DNA from: Pseudovirgaria hyperparasitica
Taxonomy: Eukaryota
Reading direction: 5' to 3' (one strand)
Assembly (NCBI GenBank): GCA_010093815.1
Contig: ML996581.1
DNA length: 64,000 bases
A program made the translations under genes and the position numbers. Positions 1-13,371 of this stretch are shown one piece after another; position 1 is the first letter of the stretch, and every line of letters begins with the position of its first letter. The notes beneath the pieces were generated by a model, which saw only the letters and a program-made list of their open reading frames with translations, made no database searches and had not been told where the DNA came from.

Positions 1-299
1 GCGCATCCACGCCCGCGGCGGCATCCCAGGCGTCTTCTTCTCCTACGTATGACCTACCCTCCCCCCCCCCCCCCCCCTTGATTATTTCCATCCAAAGAGA
101 GCCCCCCCAAGACACTAACAAGAACACACAGGACATCTCCCCAATGAAAGTCATCAACCGCGAAGTGCGATCTCGCTCGTTCTCGGGCTTCCTGGTCGGC
201 ATGTGTGCAGTCGTCGGTGGGACGCTCACCGTCGCGGCGGCCGTCGACCGCGCGCTGTACGAGGGCGTGAACAAGGTCAAGAAGTTCCACACGGGTTAG
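1..299 (+). CDS. ERV46: ER-Golgi COPII vesicle protein Erv46 (ERGIC3 family), 3' end only; intron 47-131
   Basis: Spliced reading RIHARGGIPGVFFSY|DISPMKVINRE...FLVGMCAVVGGTLTVAAAVDRALYEG is the typical Erv46 C-terminus. GT at 47, CTAAC at 115-119, CAG at 129-131, TAG at 297-299. Confidence 0.9.
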   Translation, partial: ASTPAAASQASSSPTYDLPSPPPPPLIISIQREPPQDTNKNTQDISPMKVINREVRSRSFSGFLVGMCAVVGGTLTVAAAVDRALYEGVNKVKKFHTG

Positions 300-681
300 G
301 GCCCCGGATTGTCGGGTTTCTTGTCTTTTCTTGCTTTTGTGTGGGTCGTCGTGTATGGTGTTTTTGAGTGCGTTGCCTGGCATTGTTAGCTTGGACGCGG
401 AGGCTGGGGTGGAGGTGTGCGGGTGTGCGGGTGTAGAGTAGTAGTAGTAGTAAAAGTCTCAGGGGAGGAGCAGCAGCAGCAGGAGGAGGAGGTGAAGGCT
501 AAGTAACTAGCCATGCCATGCCATGCATGTCATACTCACACTACCAACACCCAACACTCAATACCGTTCGACTGGAAGGGAAAGCGAAATCCTTTTTTCT
601 TATATGACGCAGTGGCATGCACATTTTACAGAGCGCGGTGGGGCGGTGGGCATGGGGCGTGGGGCGTGATACAGTGGTCCT

Positions 682-777
682 GTATGTATGTATGTATGTA
701 TGTATGTATGTATGTATGTATGTAGGCGCCGCAAAAGAAGAAGAAAAATATCTTTGTCTCTCGAGGTGTATATGGTG

Positions 778-809
<32 letters not shown>

Positions 810-1445
810 TGTATGTATGTATGTGTGTGTGTGGACGGCGTTGATTGGGCGCTCTTTGGTTTGGTTTGGTTTGGTTTGGTTTGGTTTGGTTTGGTTTGGT
901 TTGGTTTGGTTTGGTTTGGTTTGGTTTGGTTTGCTTTGCTTTGCTTGGTAAGGATGCCTGGGAGGTCTAGGGGTGTCATTGTTGAATATATGTATAAGGG
1001 GTCATGGCGTGTTGGAAGGGGTATATATATTTATGTATATATATTGTGGTATCTGAATCCCTCGATGACTCGATGACTCGATGACTCGTTGACGAGTGTG
1101 TGTATTCTATATTTGTATGTATATATACGTATGTATGTATGTGCGTTGTGTTGTGTGTGCCAGGTTGTGTTGTGTGTTGTGTTGTGTGTGCCAGGTTGTG
1201 TGTGCCAGGTTGTGTTGTGTTGTGTTGTATGTGTATCCATGACTACCCTCGCATCGCTTCGTCCTGCTTTCTCCCACCGTCACCGACCACCGACCAACTA
1301 CCACCGCCACCGACGGAAAGTATACACTGGCTAATCTGATGCCTTGCCTCGCCTCGCCTCGTCTGTCGATTTATAGACATGTCCATATATGCGTCCATAC
1401 ACGTGTCCATACATGCGTCCGTCCGTCCGTCCGTCCGTCCATACA
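682..1445. repeat. Microsatellite cluster between convergent ERV46 and DAL81 3' ends
   Basis: (TATG)n at ~682-722 and ~780-822, (TTTGG)n at ~855-932, (GACTCGAT)x3 at ~1062-1088, TGTGTGCCAGGTTG x3 at ~1153-1212, (GTCC)n at ~1416-1440. Confidence 0.95.
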
Positions 1446-1668
1446 TGCGTACATGTACAAATCCCAGCCCGCACAACAAATACAAAGACCCGAAACCCCA
1501 AACCCCAAATCCCAAAACCCCCACCCCCGCCCTCTCCCGGAAAGGATAAACAAACACAGTCTATTCGTCGTCGTGGTCGTAACGTCGTGTCCGTCATCAT
1601 CGTGCACTTCCTCGTCCTACCTCCTCGTCCTAGTCCTACCTCCTCGTCCTACCTCCAGCCCCTACCCC

Positions 1669-4119
1669 CTACTCTTCACCCTCACCCTCACCCTCACCCT
1701 CATCCTCATCATCATCCTCCTCCTCCCCCCCCTCATCGCCCTCCTCACCCCCATGCCCCAACATACCCCGCATAGTCCCACCCGGCCCACCACGCCGCGC
1801 CGGCACAGCATACAAGTCCTCATTCGAAAAGCCCGCGAAACTAACACTCGGGCCCGCCCTCGAAACAGCAGCTGAAGACGCTGAAGAAGAAGAAGAAGCA
1901 TCAAGCCGCCGCAGCGCACCATCGACATCACGCATTTCGACATCGCGGTCACGGTCGTGGGAAGACTTCCCGTCGGCGTCGTCCACACCAGCACCACCAC
2001 CACCACCAACGCCACGAGCAAGACCCTCCGCCCGACCCGGAACCCCCACGGAGCTAACCTCCGCCACAGCCGGTTTCTCCGCGACACCCCTAAGCATATG
2101 CCGACTAGCATCGAGCATACGAACGGCGAAACCGAGCCAATCCGCGCGCTGCGCACTAACAGTGAGCGTCCAGCGATACTCGCGCAAGCGGAGGTTATAA
2201 AAGGCTTCTTCCTCGCGGGCGGGGGCGGTAGCCTGGAGGAGGGCGCCAAAGGTGCCGATGAGGGTAAAGTTGATTGCGGCGGCAAAGTGCCAGAAGGCGC
2301 GCAGGTGGGCGGGCTTGAGGCGGTTGACAAAGTCCATGGCGGAGATCAGGCGGGTTTTTGCGGCGCTGCGGCAGATGTAGGTGAGGTAGGGGTCGGGGGT
2401 GGTGGGGAGGGATTGGATGATGCGGCGGTGGAGGGTGATTTCGGTGGCGAAGTAGGCGAGGTGGAGGAAGCCGGCGGGGCTTACGCTGGAAGGGGAGGAG
2501 GAGGAGGAGGAGGAGGAGGAGGAAGAAGGGGACGGAACAGGGGCGTCCATGCGGGTGCAGGCGGGCAGTTTGGCGAACCATTCTTTGAGGCGGATTTGGA
2601 CGGGCTTTGCGCGGTCGAGGATGAGGCGGGTGCTGTTGCGGCCGGCGGCGGCGAAGTCGGCGATGGCGACTTGGGTGTAGAAGGTGTCCATGACTTCGGC
2701 CATGATGCCGGTCAGGGCAATCATTTCGGAGTAGATGGCGCGGCCTTGGTCGGCTTCCGGGCTTTCGTCGAGTGTTTGGGCGGCGGTGCCGGATTGCTCG
2801 TAGAAGTCTTCGGTTGTGATGGGGCGGACGGCCCAGTTTGCGCTGAAGATGTGGCTTGGGCGGCCGTGGATGAGGGAGGACCATTTGTCTTGCATGTACA
2901 GGGCCCACGCGATACGCTTGCGTAGCCCGCGCTCCCAGGCAGGAATGGACCAGTTTGCGCAGTCGAGGTGGAGGCCGAGTTCCTGGCCGATGGCGACGAG
3001 CTGTGTTGTCAGTGACCAGGAGTCAGCACCAGGTCGCTGGAGGAGAAGGAGGCCGGCTTGGACGGTTGACAGTTTGGGACGCTCCATTGCAGCAGTCAGC
3101 GATCTCGTGGCGATAGGCTCAAGGAGGCTGGCGTCAGGCTTCACGTATTGGGCGAGACTGGGGTCGTGGGACCACCAATTGAGAGCCAGGATGTAGATTC
3201 CGGCCATCAGGGGCGGTGAGAAGGACCGGTCACCATTGCGATAGCGTTCGAGGAGGAGTTCCTTTTGGATGATGGGGAAGCTGGGGTGGACGATGCGGAA
3301 GAAGATATCTAGCAAGGCAGGACCGTGGGGTGCGACGATCTGCTCGATCTGGTTCAGAGTGTCCATATCATGGCCATATTGTTGCGTGGAATCGTCAGGA
3401 AGCATGATGAAACACTCATGGTCGTTCACCTTCCGGAGCGTGCCAAGGTCAAAAGTGCTTTCGTTGCGATTGTCGAACTTGGTCAGGCCGATGAGGAGCG
3501 GGTCGAAGGCGGTGGTGAGGCCGATGTATTTACTATGCTGTCTGCGCTGAAGGCCTAGAGTCTCGCCGAGGGCAGTGGTGTCCCGGGCAGACGTAGTGAG
3601 CAGGATCGGGCTGGGGGCAACGGGCGGAGAGGTACGAGTGATGGTCGGAGTGATGGTCGGAGTATGTGATACTAGGGCAGGAGAGTATATCTCGCTTGAT
3701 CTGGAGTGATATATGAGCTAAGGGTACGAGACGAGAGCAGCCAGAGCGACAACCGACCTTTTCTTCGCAGTCTCCTCCTTGGCATCGGTGGGAACCTTCC
3801 TCTTGCGTGGCTGAGGGTCCTGGACAAAGGTACAGTCCTGCTTATGAAACTCGCACAGCACACACAGGATCTGGCCCTCGTGTATTACACAACGACTCTT
3901 CCGTCGTCTGCACGCGTCACACGGCCGTTCCCGGCGGGCCCTAGCGTTGTTGCCGTCGGACTTGTAATTGGCAGCGGATTGCGACTTTGATTTGCCGTGA
4001 GGGATGTTCTCCTTTCCGGACGGGGACGAGCGTTTCGTGGGAGGGCGTGGGCGGTTGGCGGGAATGGCGACGGGCGAAGGACGATGGGCGGAAGATTGGA
4101 TGGCCACAGCCGTGGACAT
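1669..4119 (-). CDS. DAL81: Zn(II)2Cys6 transcription factor, Dal81/TamA type; intron 3757-3701
   Basis: N-terminal RARRERPCDACRRRKSRC...CVLCEFHKQDC cluster. Splicing GTCGGT..CAG joins it in frame to the 586-aa ORF, which has a fungal TF middle-homology region (ELGLHLDC, WERGLRKRIAWALYMQDKW, HGRPSHI). Confidence 0.85.
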
Positions 4120-7100
4120 GGTGTACCGTTTCAGACCCGGCGGGAGGAAGCAGTGAAAGAGATAGAGAGAGAGAGATAAGAGGCCTGGCTGACAAAGACA
4201 AACACGACGGGGCAGCCGAGAGAGAGTGTGTGAAGCGGTTGGAGTGGCCAGCAATCACAGTCGGGGTGGTGGAGATAAATTGTGCTCTGGAGGATTCGCA
4301 AGCAAGCAACTACCTAGGTACGTGGGCGATAACAGAAAGCCTTGGCTTATCGCGTGTGGGACAAGTTGGAAGGGTGAGAGGACCGGGAGCAGACAAGAGT
4401 TCAAAAATGGCACAGCTTGAGTGTGTCGAAGTGTGTGTCGAAGCGCGCCGAGGAAAAGAAAAACAAAGGGATCACAACCCAAGTCAAGTGGATGGACGGA
4501 TGGGGACAGGCGTGTGATACAGATATGTTTGTGCAGGCCTGATTAGGAAGTGGGTGGGTGGACAGTCTAGATGCAGAACAGGGAGATGATATAGAAGTAG
4601 TGTGTGTTCAGCAAGTAGACTCAAGACTGCTCTCGGTCAGGGCCCCAAGTTTCCAGTGACAGCAGCGAGGAGAATGAGATGGCCAATCGTTCGAGCGGTC
4701 ATTGGAATGCTGTTGTTGTTTGAATCTGATGCCAATGGCGGTTGTGGGGGGAGAGGGAGGAATGGAAGGATGGGAACAGCAGCTCAGTCGGGGGGAAGCG
4801 TGGAGGGATATGGTTCCTCTGAGAGTGTATATATAAGAGGGAGAGTGGTGAGAGAGAGAGCGGGAGATAAAGGCGCGGTAGACGATAATATTCAGGAGGA
4901 GGAAGAATAATGAAGTGACAGGCAGGGCATTCGGGGCATCATACCGGGAGTGTAGTAGTGTAATGATGGGATAATAGCGTGTTAGTAGAGCAGGAAGAAG
5001 TGGGCAAAACAGGCCAAAAAGGCGAAAAAGGCGAAAAAGGCGAAAAAGGGTGGGTTGAAGTGAATTGAATGATTGGGGGAATGAATGGTGGTCTGAGCAC
5101 GGAGAGAGGAGAGAGGGAAAGTGTATGGAGGGATGCATCTCGGCCGAATCAGGACTAGCGCTCCCAGTACGTAAGAAGAACCGGCTGGCTTGCGCACTGA
5201 CGCACATGCACCGGATCTCACAAGATAAGGGATTTGTGTGCCTTGCTGCCTTAGCCTCTGTTCTTATGACTTTGCCCGTGCTGTCATTGGCTCGGAGCTG
5301 GAATCATGCCGTGCTCAGCCAATCACAGTCCGCTGCCTCCTCCATTTCTATGTTCAATCTTTTTACCTATTATTCACTCCTGGGCTTTGCCCTTGACTCT
5401 TGTTTCTTGACTCCTAATTACTCATTCATTCAATCCCTCCTCCCAACACTTCAACAACCTGGTCCTGCTCAGAGGTGCCAAGCCCAAGCCTATACATAGC
5501 TGCATGGAGCGACTTGACTGCTACAAGCCAAGCTGCGTTCTTTTTTTTTGCTTTGCATCCTTTGCCATTCCTACGACACATCGATTGTCCTTCCGTCGTT
5601 CATGGCTTGTCATGTCGTCGCAAGTGCCTACCTAGAGATATCAACTGTTACGTAGCTGTAACCTGCCTGCACGCCATCCTCACCGCCCATCTCCGTCGTC
5701 GGTCCCAGCATCTAATTAGTTACCTTATCCTACTCTCGAATCGGTCGATGCTATCCTCACATTTGCTTGCTTGCCTCTGGACACGAATCGCAGGTTTCAT
5801 AGCATGCTAAATGCGAAATGCTAAAATGACACATTGACAAGAATGACAAAATGATGTATCATGCTGAACAAGCTATCCATCACAATGCACTCTCTCGTCA
5901 ACCGATAAGAGCCTGCTGCACGTGCCCCGTCTCTCCACTTCTCTCCACAATCCACACTCTCCAGCCAGTTCCAAGGTTCGCGGTCCGAGGACCCTGGGCA
6001 TAATTAAGCTACTCGATGCACATGCAGAGCAGATGCCACGTACAACAGGTACCTATGGCTATGGCTGTGTGTTCGTACAGATGAGGAGCAAATACATGTA
6101 CAGAACGTAGATATGTAGAGGCACATGTAACGATATATGATATACGTATATATATATATGTACATATATATTTCTGTGTGCGTGCGTGTGTATCTTACCC
6201 AGGCTTTTCACAAGCCATCCATTCAGTCAGCTGCATGTATCCAGGCGGGTCACCACAACGGCGGCCCGCAATTCTCACGATGCATTGCTCCCGTCTTACC
6301 GCCCAAGGTGCACAGTAATTAGTCATTTCCGCCGCCTGAGGCAGAAGGCACACAGGCACAGGCACAGGCACAGGCACACGACTGACTTCCCTCCAAGAAA
6401 GAGTCCAGGTGACGACATGCAGTCCGCCAAGATATGTTCCCGCTCAGCCTCAATCCTCCGTCGTCCATCCCATCTCTTCCTACTATTAATATTCTTCATC
6501 TTCACGCTCCTACTACAGTCCACAGTGGCCACTCGCTGCCATGTGTGTCATGTGTTGTGTGCGCTGTGACATCTTTCCTAATCCTCGGTTTCGCCATCTC
6601 GTTTCACCCACTCAATCTTTCCCCTCTCTCTTTCTCTCCATTCCTTGTCTTGGATGATGCGCGCCCGTTGGCCCTACATGCATGCAGAAGCGTTGAGAGC
6701 GTGCACTCCGGGATGTGTGTAACGTGTATTTATGTCGGGGAGCACGCTCTCGATTCTATTGTAGCTGTTCTGCTCAACATCTGCAACACCGCCTACCATT
6801 GCCCGTGTTCGTCTACGAAAGCCTGCCAACGGCACACTATTTGTCCAGTGTAATGGACGATCGCTGGCTTGTGTTGCTATTTTGTTCTACTGTATGAGTT
6901 GACTGGAGATAGCACGTGTATTAACCAATTATATCACCTTGCGAGTTGAAGCTTATATGAGTATTCAGTCCAGATCAATCGCTGTAGAGCCTCTGGTACA
7001 CACTCCAGACGCGTCTTGCGCGTTCTACATCAAGCCCGAAGCCATGGCGAAGTGCTCTTATTTACATCGCAGTTACCTGATGCACTTTGACACTCTCCCT

Positions 7101-8851
7101 CACGGCATCGGACTTGTAAGTCCGCCATAGACATTTAGCATGTCTAGCAATGTCGTCTTGCATTTGAGGCGATGATTGTTGAGCATCCAGTCTGGCATAT
7201 CGACCGTCTCGTGGAGCTTGTGGACGTCTTTGTGCTGTGCTGCGAACTCGACATGTGTCTGATGCACTGTAGAATAGGATCAGGACAGCTAAATGACAAG
7301 TTGTCGAGTTTGCCATGGGCATTCAACGCTCCTCAGAATCTCTAGACTATCCTGGTCCGTCTGGCTATGCTCTGCCTTCCTTCGAGTTCTCCAGTTCCAA
7401 ACGGGCGATGGACCCAAGCACATCTACCATCTCCGAGCATTAGATCCGTTCAGGTCCTCACAACTCCTTCGCTCGCATTAATATCAGTCTGCCAAACTGG
7501 AGGAGACCAAAGCACAACATGCCAAATGTTTGCCGGGTAGACGTCGCGGCTGGCTAGTACACGAGTGCACACACTTCTTCGTTTGTTTCGGTCTGGTGCT
7601 TTGCACCTTTCATCCTTTACTGATAACCTAATTCGATCGGTATCATCTTCAGACAACGTGTGAGGAGTATGATGACTACTAACACACACATATATGTCTT
7701 ACTGTTCTTCGTTGCAAGATGCCACGATTCACTGTAGAGATACGCTTGGTAGCTTCTTGTGACTGCTTAGCTTGGTATGCAAACTGGTTTACCTGGGTTG
7801 CGCCCTGGTAGAGAATTCCTCAAATATTGAAAGAACTAAAAATAACACTAGGCATCTCTCGATTCGTATCATGTATGTGTACGCGTCTCACTAGAGTCCC
7901 GATAGATCCTATTGACGTGTCAACAAATCAAGATGTGACCAAACAACCACCATAGGGTTGAAATACCATAGAACTATTCAGCATAGTCATAGGGTGGAAG
8001 AACTCTACAAGTAGAACAGCAACGGTCAGCGTCAGCCATGACGCTACAGGGGTGGGCGGAGAATTGAGGGTGAGGCTTAGGGTAGATCTCGCTAAATGCA
8101 TCTTACAGTAGCACGATGCGTACAGAAGAGGTTAGCGCGAATTGATTTAATCTCCAGCTTTGCGCCCTGTGGAAGCGGTTAGCGCGCCTTGGCATGGAGT
8201 AACGGCGGCTTCTCTGGGGTCGCCGGCAACAATTGCGAGGAGCCCCATCCAGGTACAGCCTCAAACCTTTCTCTACACTTGTTGATTCGCGATTCTGTAA
8301 CAACTCTCCCAAGCCTGCTGTTCTCAAGACGCAACGCGCTCACCTCCAGTCGACCAGTGTCCTACTCCGCATCCCTTACGCTCAACCGCTGCCCGCTTCA
8401 CCGTCACGTCCAGGGACAGATTCGCTCCACCTGCACCACTTCACAGCTTCATCAGCCAAGCGCGATGCCAACAAATCCTTGAGCGCTCTGCTGTTGCCCT
8501 CGATACACCAACTCTTAGGCATTGAAAGTGGGATAAGAGCAGTCTCGGAGACTCCGCTAGCCATCGTCATTTGCGTGATGAGCTTAGCCACGACTGATTA
8601 ACCGCCGCACCTCTCACATACATCAACCCTTCACCGACGCCTTACGTCCACGAAGCTGTACCTCTACAACGTCTTACATGCGAACTGGCATTAATTTTGG
8701 CCGACCCAACACGTCGCAAACGGTTTCGTCAGCGCGCACAACGGCCCGCCAGTGCGACTTTCCCTGTACCTGCATATTCGACCCCACGTATTCAACCTCG
8801 TCGAGTACCGGGCTCACACAGCTTCTTTGGCTATCACCTCGCTATTGAATA

Positions 8852-11800
8852 ATGGGCCCATCTGAGGGCTCGCATCAGGCTCCTGAACGGTCAGGTCCCG
8901 CTCCAAATCTCTCGAGTCGCCAATATCCGTCGCGAGACCCCACGTCGACATACAATCCAAACCCGTACCCCAAGTCACAACCAGCACCACCAATGGATCA
9001 ACGACCGCGGCCCTCGCAAGACAATGTGAGCAGAGAGCTAGTGCCCACGCGTCAGTCAGAATCACAGGATAGGCAAGGAAGAGTATCGGAACAGCCATCC
9101 AGCTCCATTCCAAGAGACCGGTCACAGAAAAGCGCAAATCGGCGGCCTAGTGGCTCAAGGATATGCGGGAAGTGCAGTCAAAATCTGACAGGACAATTTG
9201 TTCGGGCTCTCGGTGACACATATCACCTGGAGTGTTTTACGTGCCATGTCAGTATCGTTGCTTTCAATCCTTCACCAACCTCAGTGCTAATTCCCTGAAA
9301 CCCAGGACTGTGACAAGATCGTTGCCTCAAAGTTCTTTCCTGTCCCAGACTCTGGTCCAAACCAGTACCCTCTGTGCGAAGTCGATTACTTCAAACGTCT
9401 GGACTTATTATGCTATGCATGTGGTGGCGCACTCAGAGGCTCATACATAACTGCCCTGGACCGAAAATATCACATCGAGCATTTCACGTGTTCAGTATGC
9501 CCAACAGTGTTTGGTGCTGCTGACAGCTATTACGAACATGAAGGCAACGTCTATTGTCACTTTCACTATTCCACCCGATTCGCACAGCGTTGCAATGGGT
9601 GCCAGACTTCGATCCTCAAGCAATTCGTTGAGATTTTCCGAAATGGTCAGAACCAGCACTGGCATCCGGAATGCTACATGATCCACAAATATTGGAATGT
9701 ACGCTTGGCGTCGTCAAATCAGGCTGTGATAGAGCCCGAGACGGACGACGATAAAGCATCCGACGAAGTCAGGGAAGCAGTACGAAAGAGTGAAGAGAAA
9801 GTCGAGGAAAAAGTCCTCTGGATATGGCGGACCCTATCGGCTTTCGAGGAGAAATCTGCCACTTGCATTTCAGACATGCTGCTCCATGTCAGCAATGGAG
9901 CCTACATGGAGGGTGTAATGGCTGCCAAGAAGTTCATCGTTCACATCGACCTTTTGTTTGGTGCGGCAGATAATCTCGATCAATTGCTGGTCGCTCACAC
10001 CCCCAAAGGTAAGCCGCGCCCCTATTGCAAAGTGCCTCTTGTACTAAACGTATCAGGTCTGTCATATTCACGCGAAGCAAAGTTGTTGTGCAAGAAGGTC
10101 GTGGCTTTCTTCCAGCTGCTTGCAGAGTCATCCCAAACATCGGGAGTACGTCGGCTTGGTGTGACTCAGGAGCTGCTTTCTCTCGTTACAGGTCTCGCCC
10201 ACTACCTCAAACTTCTCATCCGTATCTGCCTACAGGGCTCGTTACGTCTTGAAAGAGAGACTGGCAATCAGGAAGGCCTTGGAAGCTTCTTGAACGATAT
10301 AAACGCCTTGGAACCGAAGATCGAGAAAGATGCAGAAGCAGACGCGAATACCGAGTCTGCGCTGTACACGCCACGCTCTGCAGATACCTGCCCCGTGTGC
10401 GAGAAATCGGTCGAGGACAGGTGTTTCAAAAATGGTCACCTTGTTTTCCACACAGGATGTATGGTTTGTCAGAATTGTGGTAATGATATGACTGAAAACA
10501 TCTCGGATGCGCGTTGGACAAGCTCGAGGCAAAGAGTTTTGTGCAGTGAATGTTCGCGAATCGCCCCGGACGCGGACGGTGGTTTTGTGACGGTATCCAA
10601 ACTTCGACAGTACGTCCATTTATTGAGGGTTGCCCATGCGAGGCTCTTGGCGAACCTCCGGACCAACGGTGCCCTTCCACACACCTCCGGTAAGCTATTA
10701 TATAGAACCCAACGATGCCTGTCGAGCTACTGACTTTTTTTCCCCAGACGATCCAAACCTCGCAGACTACGATTCAAACAAAGGCCACCGATTGTCTGAC
10801 GGTGAAGACGCACCTGGCTTGCTTCGCTCCAATACACGTTCGAAATCTTACGGCGGCTCAAGTGGGAACGACGGTCAGCAAAATTCGTACGAACAGACTC
10901 TCGGTGACATCCGCCGTCTGCGATCTCAACGACTAGATAAACACCTTTCAAGCACCATGAAGAGAGCACGAAGTTCCCGTATCATCGACGGTCCTGATGG
11001 ACTTATGGGACGCTCGGACGACGCCTATGGGGACTCAATGACGGGGCAAGGTATGCATTACACGCAAGACAAAGACGCAAATGGCGAAGGCAGTGGTGCT
11101 CTCAATCTAGGTGGCAACGCCCTTGCGCTGGACGATATTCCCAGGCTTGTCGCGGCCGAGCAGGCACGAGACCAGAGGCCAAATGCTTCCAAGTACGCGC
11201 GGGGAAACCTCGTCGGCTCTGAACCGAAAGCCAGGCTTATCAACGGTCATCGTCGCGACTTCTCGGGAGGTCAAGAACTTGAGATGGCTGCCGCGGGAGA
11301 ACCCATGACGCGACCCAAGAAATACTTTTCAGAGCTGTCGGCATTGGAGTATTTCATCGTGCGACACATTGCTGTTCTATCCATGGAACCCCTTCTAGAG
11401 GGCAAATTCAACCAGGAAGAACTTCTTGATCTAATCGAAACGAAGCGCAACAACTTCTGGGCTAAATTCGGCAAAGCATTCAAACCAGACTCCAAGCAGA
11501 AAGGGCCTACCAAGAAAAAGGGAATATTCGGCCGAGCACTTGAGCATACTGTCGAAATCGACGGTGCTGAGTCTACAGATGGAGTGGGCTTTGGCACCTT
11601 GAAGATTCCGGCGTTGGTCCAGGACTCCATCTCAGCGATGCGATCTATGGATATGTCCGTCGAGGGTGTTTTCCGCAAGAATGGTAACATCAGGCGACTG
11701 AAGGAGTTGGCGGAACAGATTGATAGGGATGGTGGCGACACCGTCGACCTTACCAAGGAAAACCCAGTACAAGTTGCAGCCCTGCTGAAGAAATTTCTTC

Positions 11801-12710
11801 GCGAGCTGCCTGATCCAATCCTGACTTTCAAGCTCTACAAGCTGTTCATTGTCGGAGCACGTACGTAATTAGTCTTCCGGTGTTCATAAACATTGCTAAC
11901 GTGATTCCAGAGCTCCAAGATGAGGACAGCCGTCGTCGCGTTCTACACCTCACATGTTGTCTTCTTCCGAAAGTGCACAGAGATTGCATGGAGGTCTTGT
12001 TCTCTTTCCTCAATTGGGCCTCATCGTTCTCTACCGTAGATGAAGAAACAGGCAGCAAGATGGATATCCATAACCTCGCAACCGTGGTTGCGCCCAATAT
12101 CCTCTATTCCAACACCAAAGGCATGGAAATGGACACCAGCTTCCTTGCGATCGAAGTCGTCCATACTCTCATCGAATGCAACGAGTCCATGTGCGAGGTA
12201 CGTCATCACTTACAGTCAACTTCAAAGCATCAACATGTATTAATGCAGTCACAGGTTCCTGAGGATATCGTCTCCATGCTCAGCGATTCTACACTATTCG
12301 AAATCAGCCCCGACCTGACCACCAAAGAGATCCTGAAGCGTTGGGGAGAGATCGGACGCGTTCCACAAGCAACCATCACCAACACTCAAACGCAGAGACC
12401 TCGCTCTCGCGAAGGAAAGCAGGCTAACGGTGCTGCCGTGGCGCGCATCGACACAGTACCCCCTCAGTGGCAGAACGAATCATCCGTTCGACATGTAGGC
12501 GGAAATCAGCATATGACATACGGACCCTCTAGTGCTCAAAACACACCTCCACAGCACCAGCATGAGCTAGCAACTCCAAATTTGCCATATGCACATGGTC
12601 ATTCGAATGGGAGCTCAGAGTCTCGTGGAGGCAGCCCTCATCGACAACCTTACCGGTCAAGCCCAGGCATGCAGAAGCAAAACCCCATGGGTATCACTGG
12701 AGCCGGTTGA
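8852..12710 (+). CDS. LRG1: LIM-domain Rho GTPase-activating protein; introns ~9248-9305, 10009-10056, 10690-10747, 11861-11910, 12198-12254
   Basis: Several LIM zinc fingers (CGKC...YHLECFTC; CNGC...WHPECYMI; CPVC...FHTGCMVC) followed by a RhoGAP domain (VEGVFRKNG, AALLKKFLRELPDP, KMDIHNLATVVAPNIL). Confidence 0.9.
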
Positions 12711-13119
12711 TCAAGCCAGAAACAGACTGCGCTACACCTAAGAGGTGTTTTTGCAGATCGCCCCTACCTGTATAGCACCACCCAGGACATATCCACGACG
12801 TATTGCTGGATATGCATAGGACTACCCCATCCTTTGACTTGCATCTGGAAAAAAAAGGCGTTTTGGAATTCAATCATGTTAATCATTTGCATAAAATTGC
12901 TAAGCGAGAAGGAAAGAAGAATCCGAAAGCGAAGGTCCATATCATCGACGGACTGGTCGGCCCTCGCGCTCGCGTCTTAATGTCCGTCTCTAATCGGGAA
13001 TGGAAGGAGGGGGGGAAGGGTGTTGGAGGGGTTTTATATTTCGCGATACGAAGAGGGAGCATCACTGAGGAAAGCTGGAAACATACCCAACACACGGACG
13101 CACACACACAAATACCATT

Positions 13120-13318
13120 CAGCCAGCCAGCCAGCCAGCCAGCCTTACTACTAGCAAGAGAGCCATTACGAAAAGAAAAGAAGCATGTACGGGAGTCTGT
13201 TTGTTTATGATCTTTCCGTCTTTGGGTAGCCCCATTTTTTTGTTCTTCTTCTTCTTTTCTGTCTCTCGCTTCACCTCTCACTTACTTCCTCAACAACGCA
13301 CACAGCAGCTCGAAAGCA

Positions 13319-13371
<53 letters not shown>

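Noticed and set aside
513..1875. Many overlapping ORFs (MYVCMYVC.., FGLVWFGLV..)
   Set aside because: They are translations of stop-free microsatellites, not genes.
1957..2925. 322-aa plus-strand ORF
   Set aside because: Antisense shadow of the GC-rich DAL81 CDS.
4255..8800. Short ORFs in the DAL81-LRG1 divergent intergenic region
   Set aside because: No recognisable motifs or consistent splice structure. Treated as promoter and UTR sequence.
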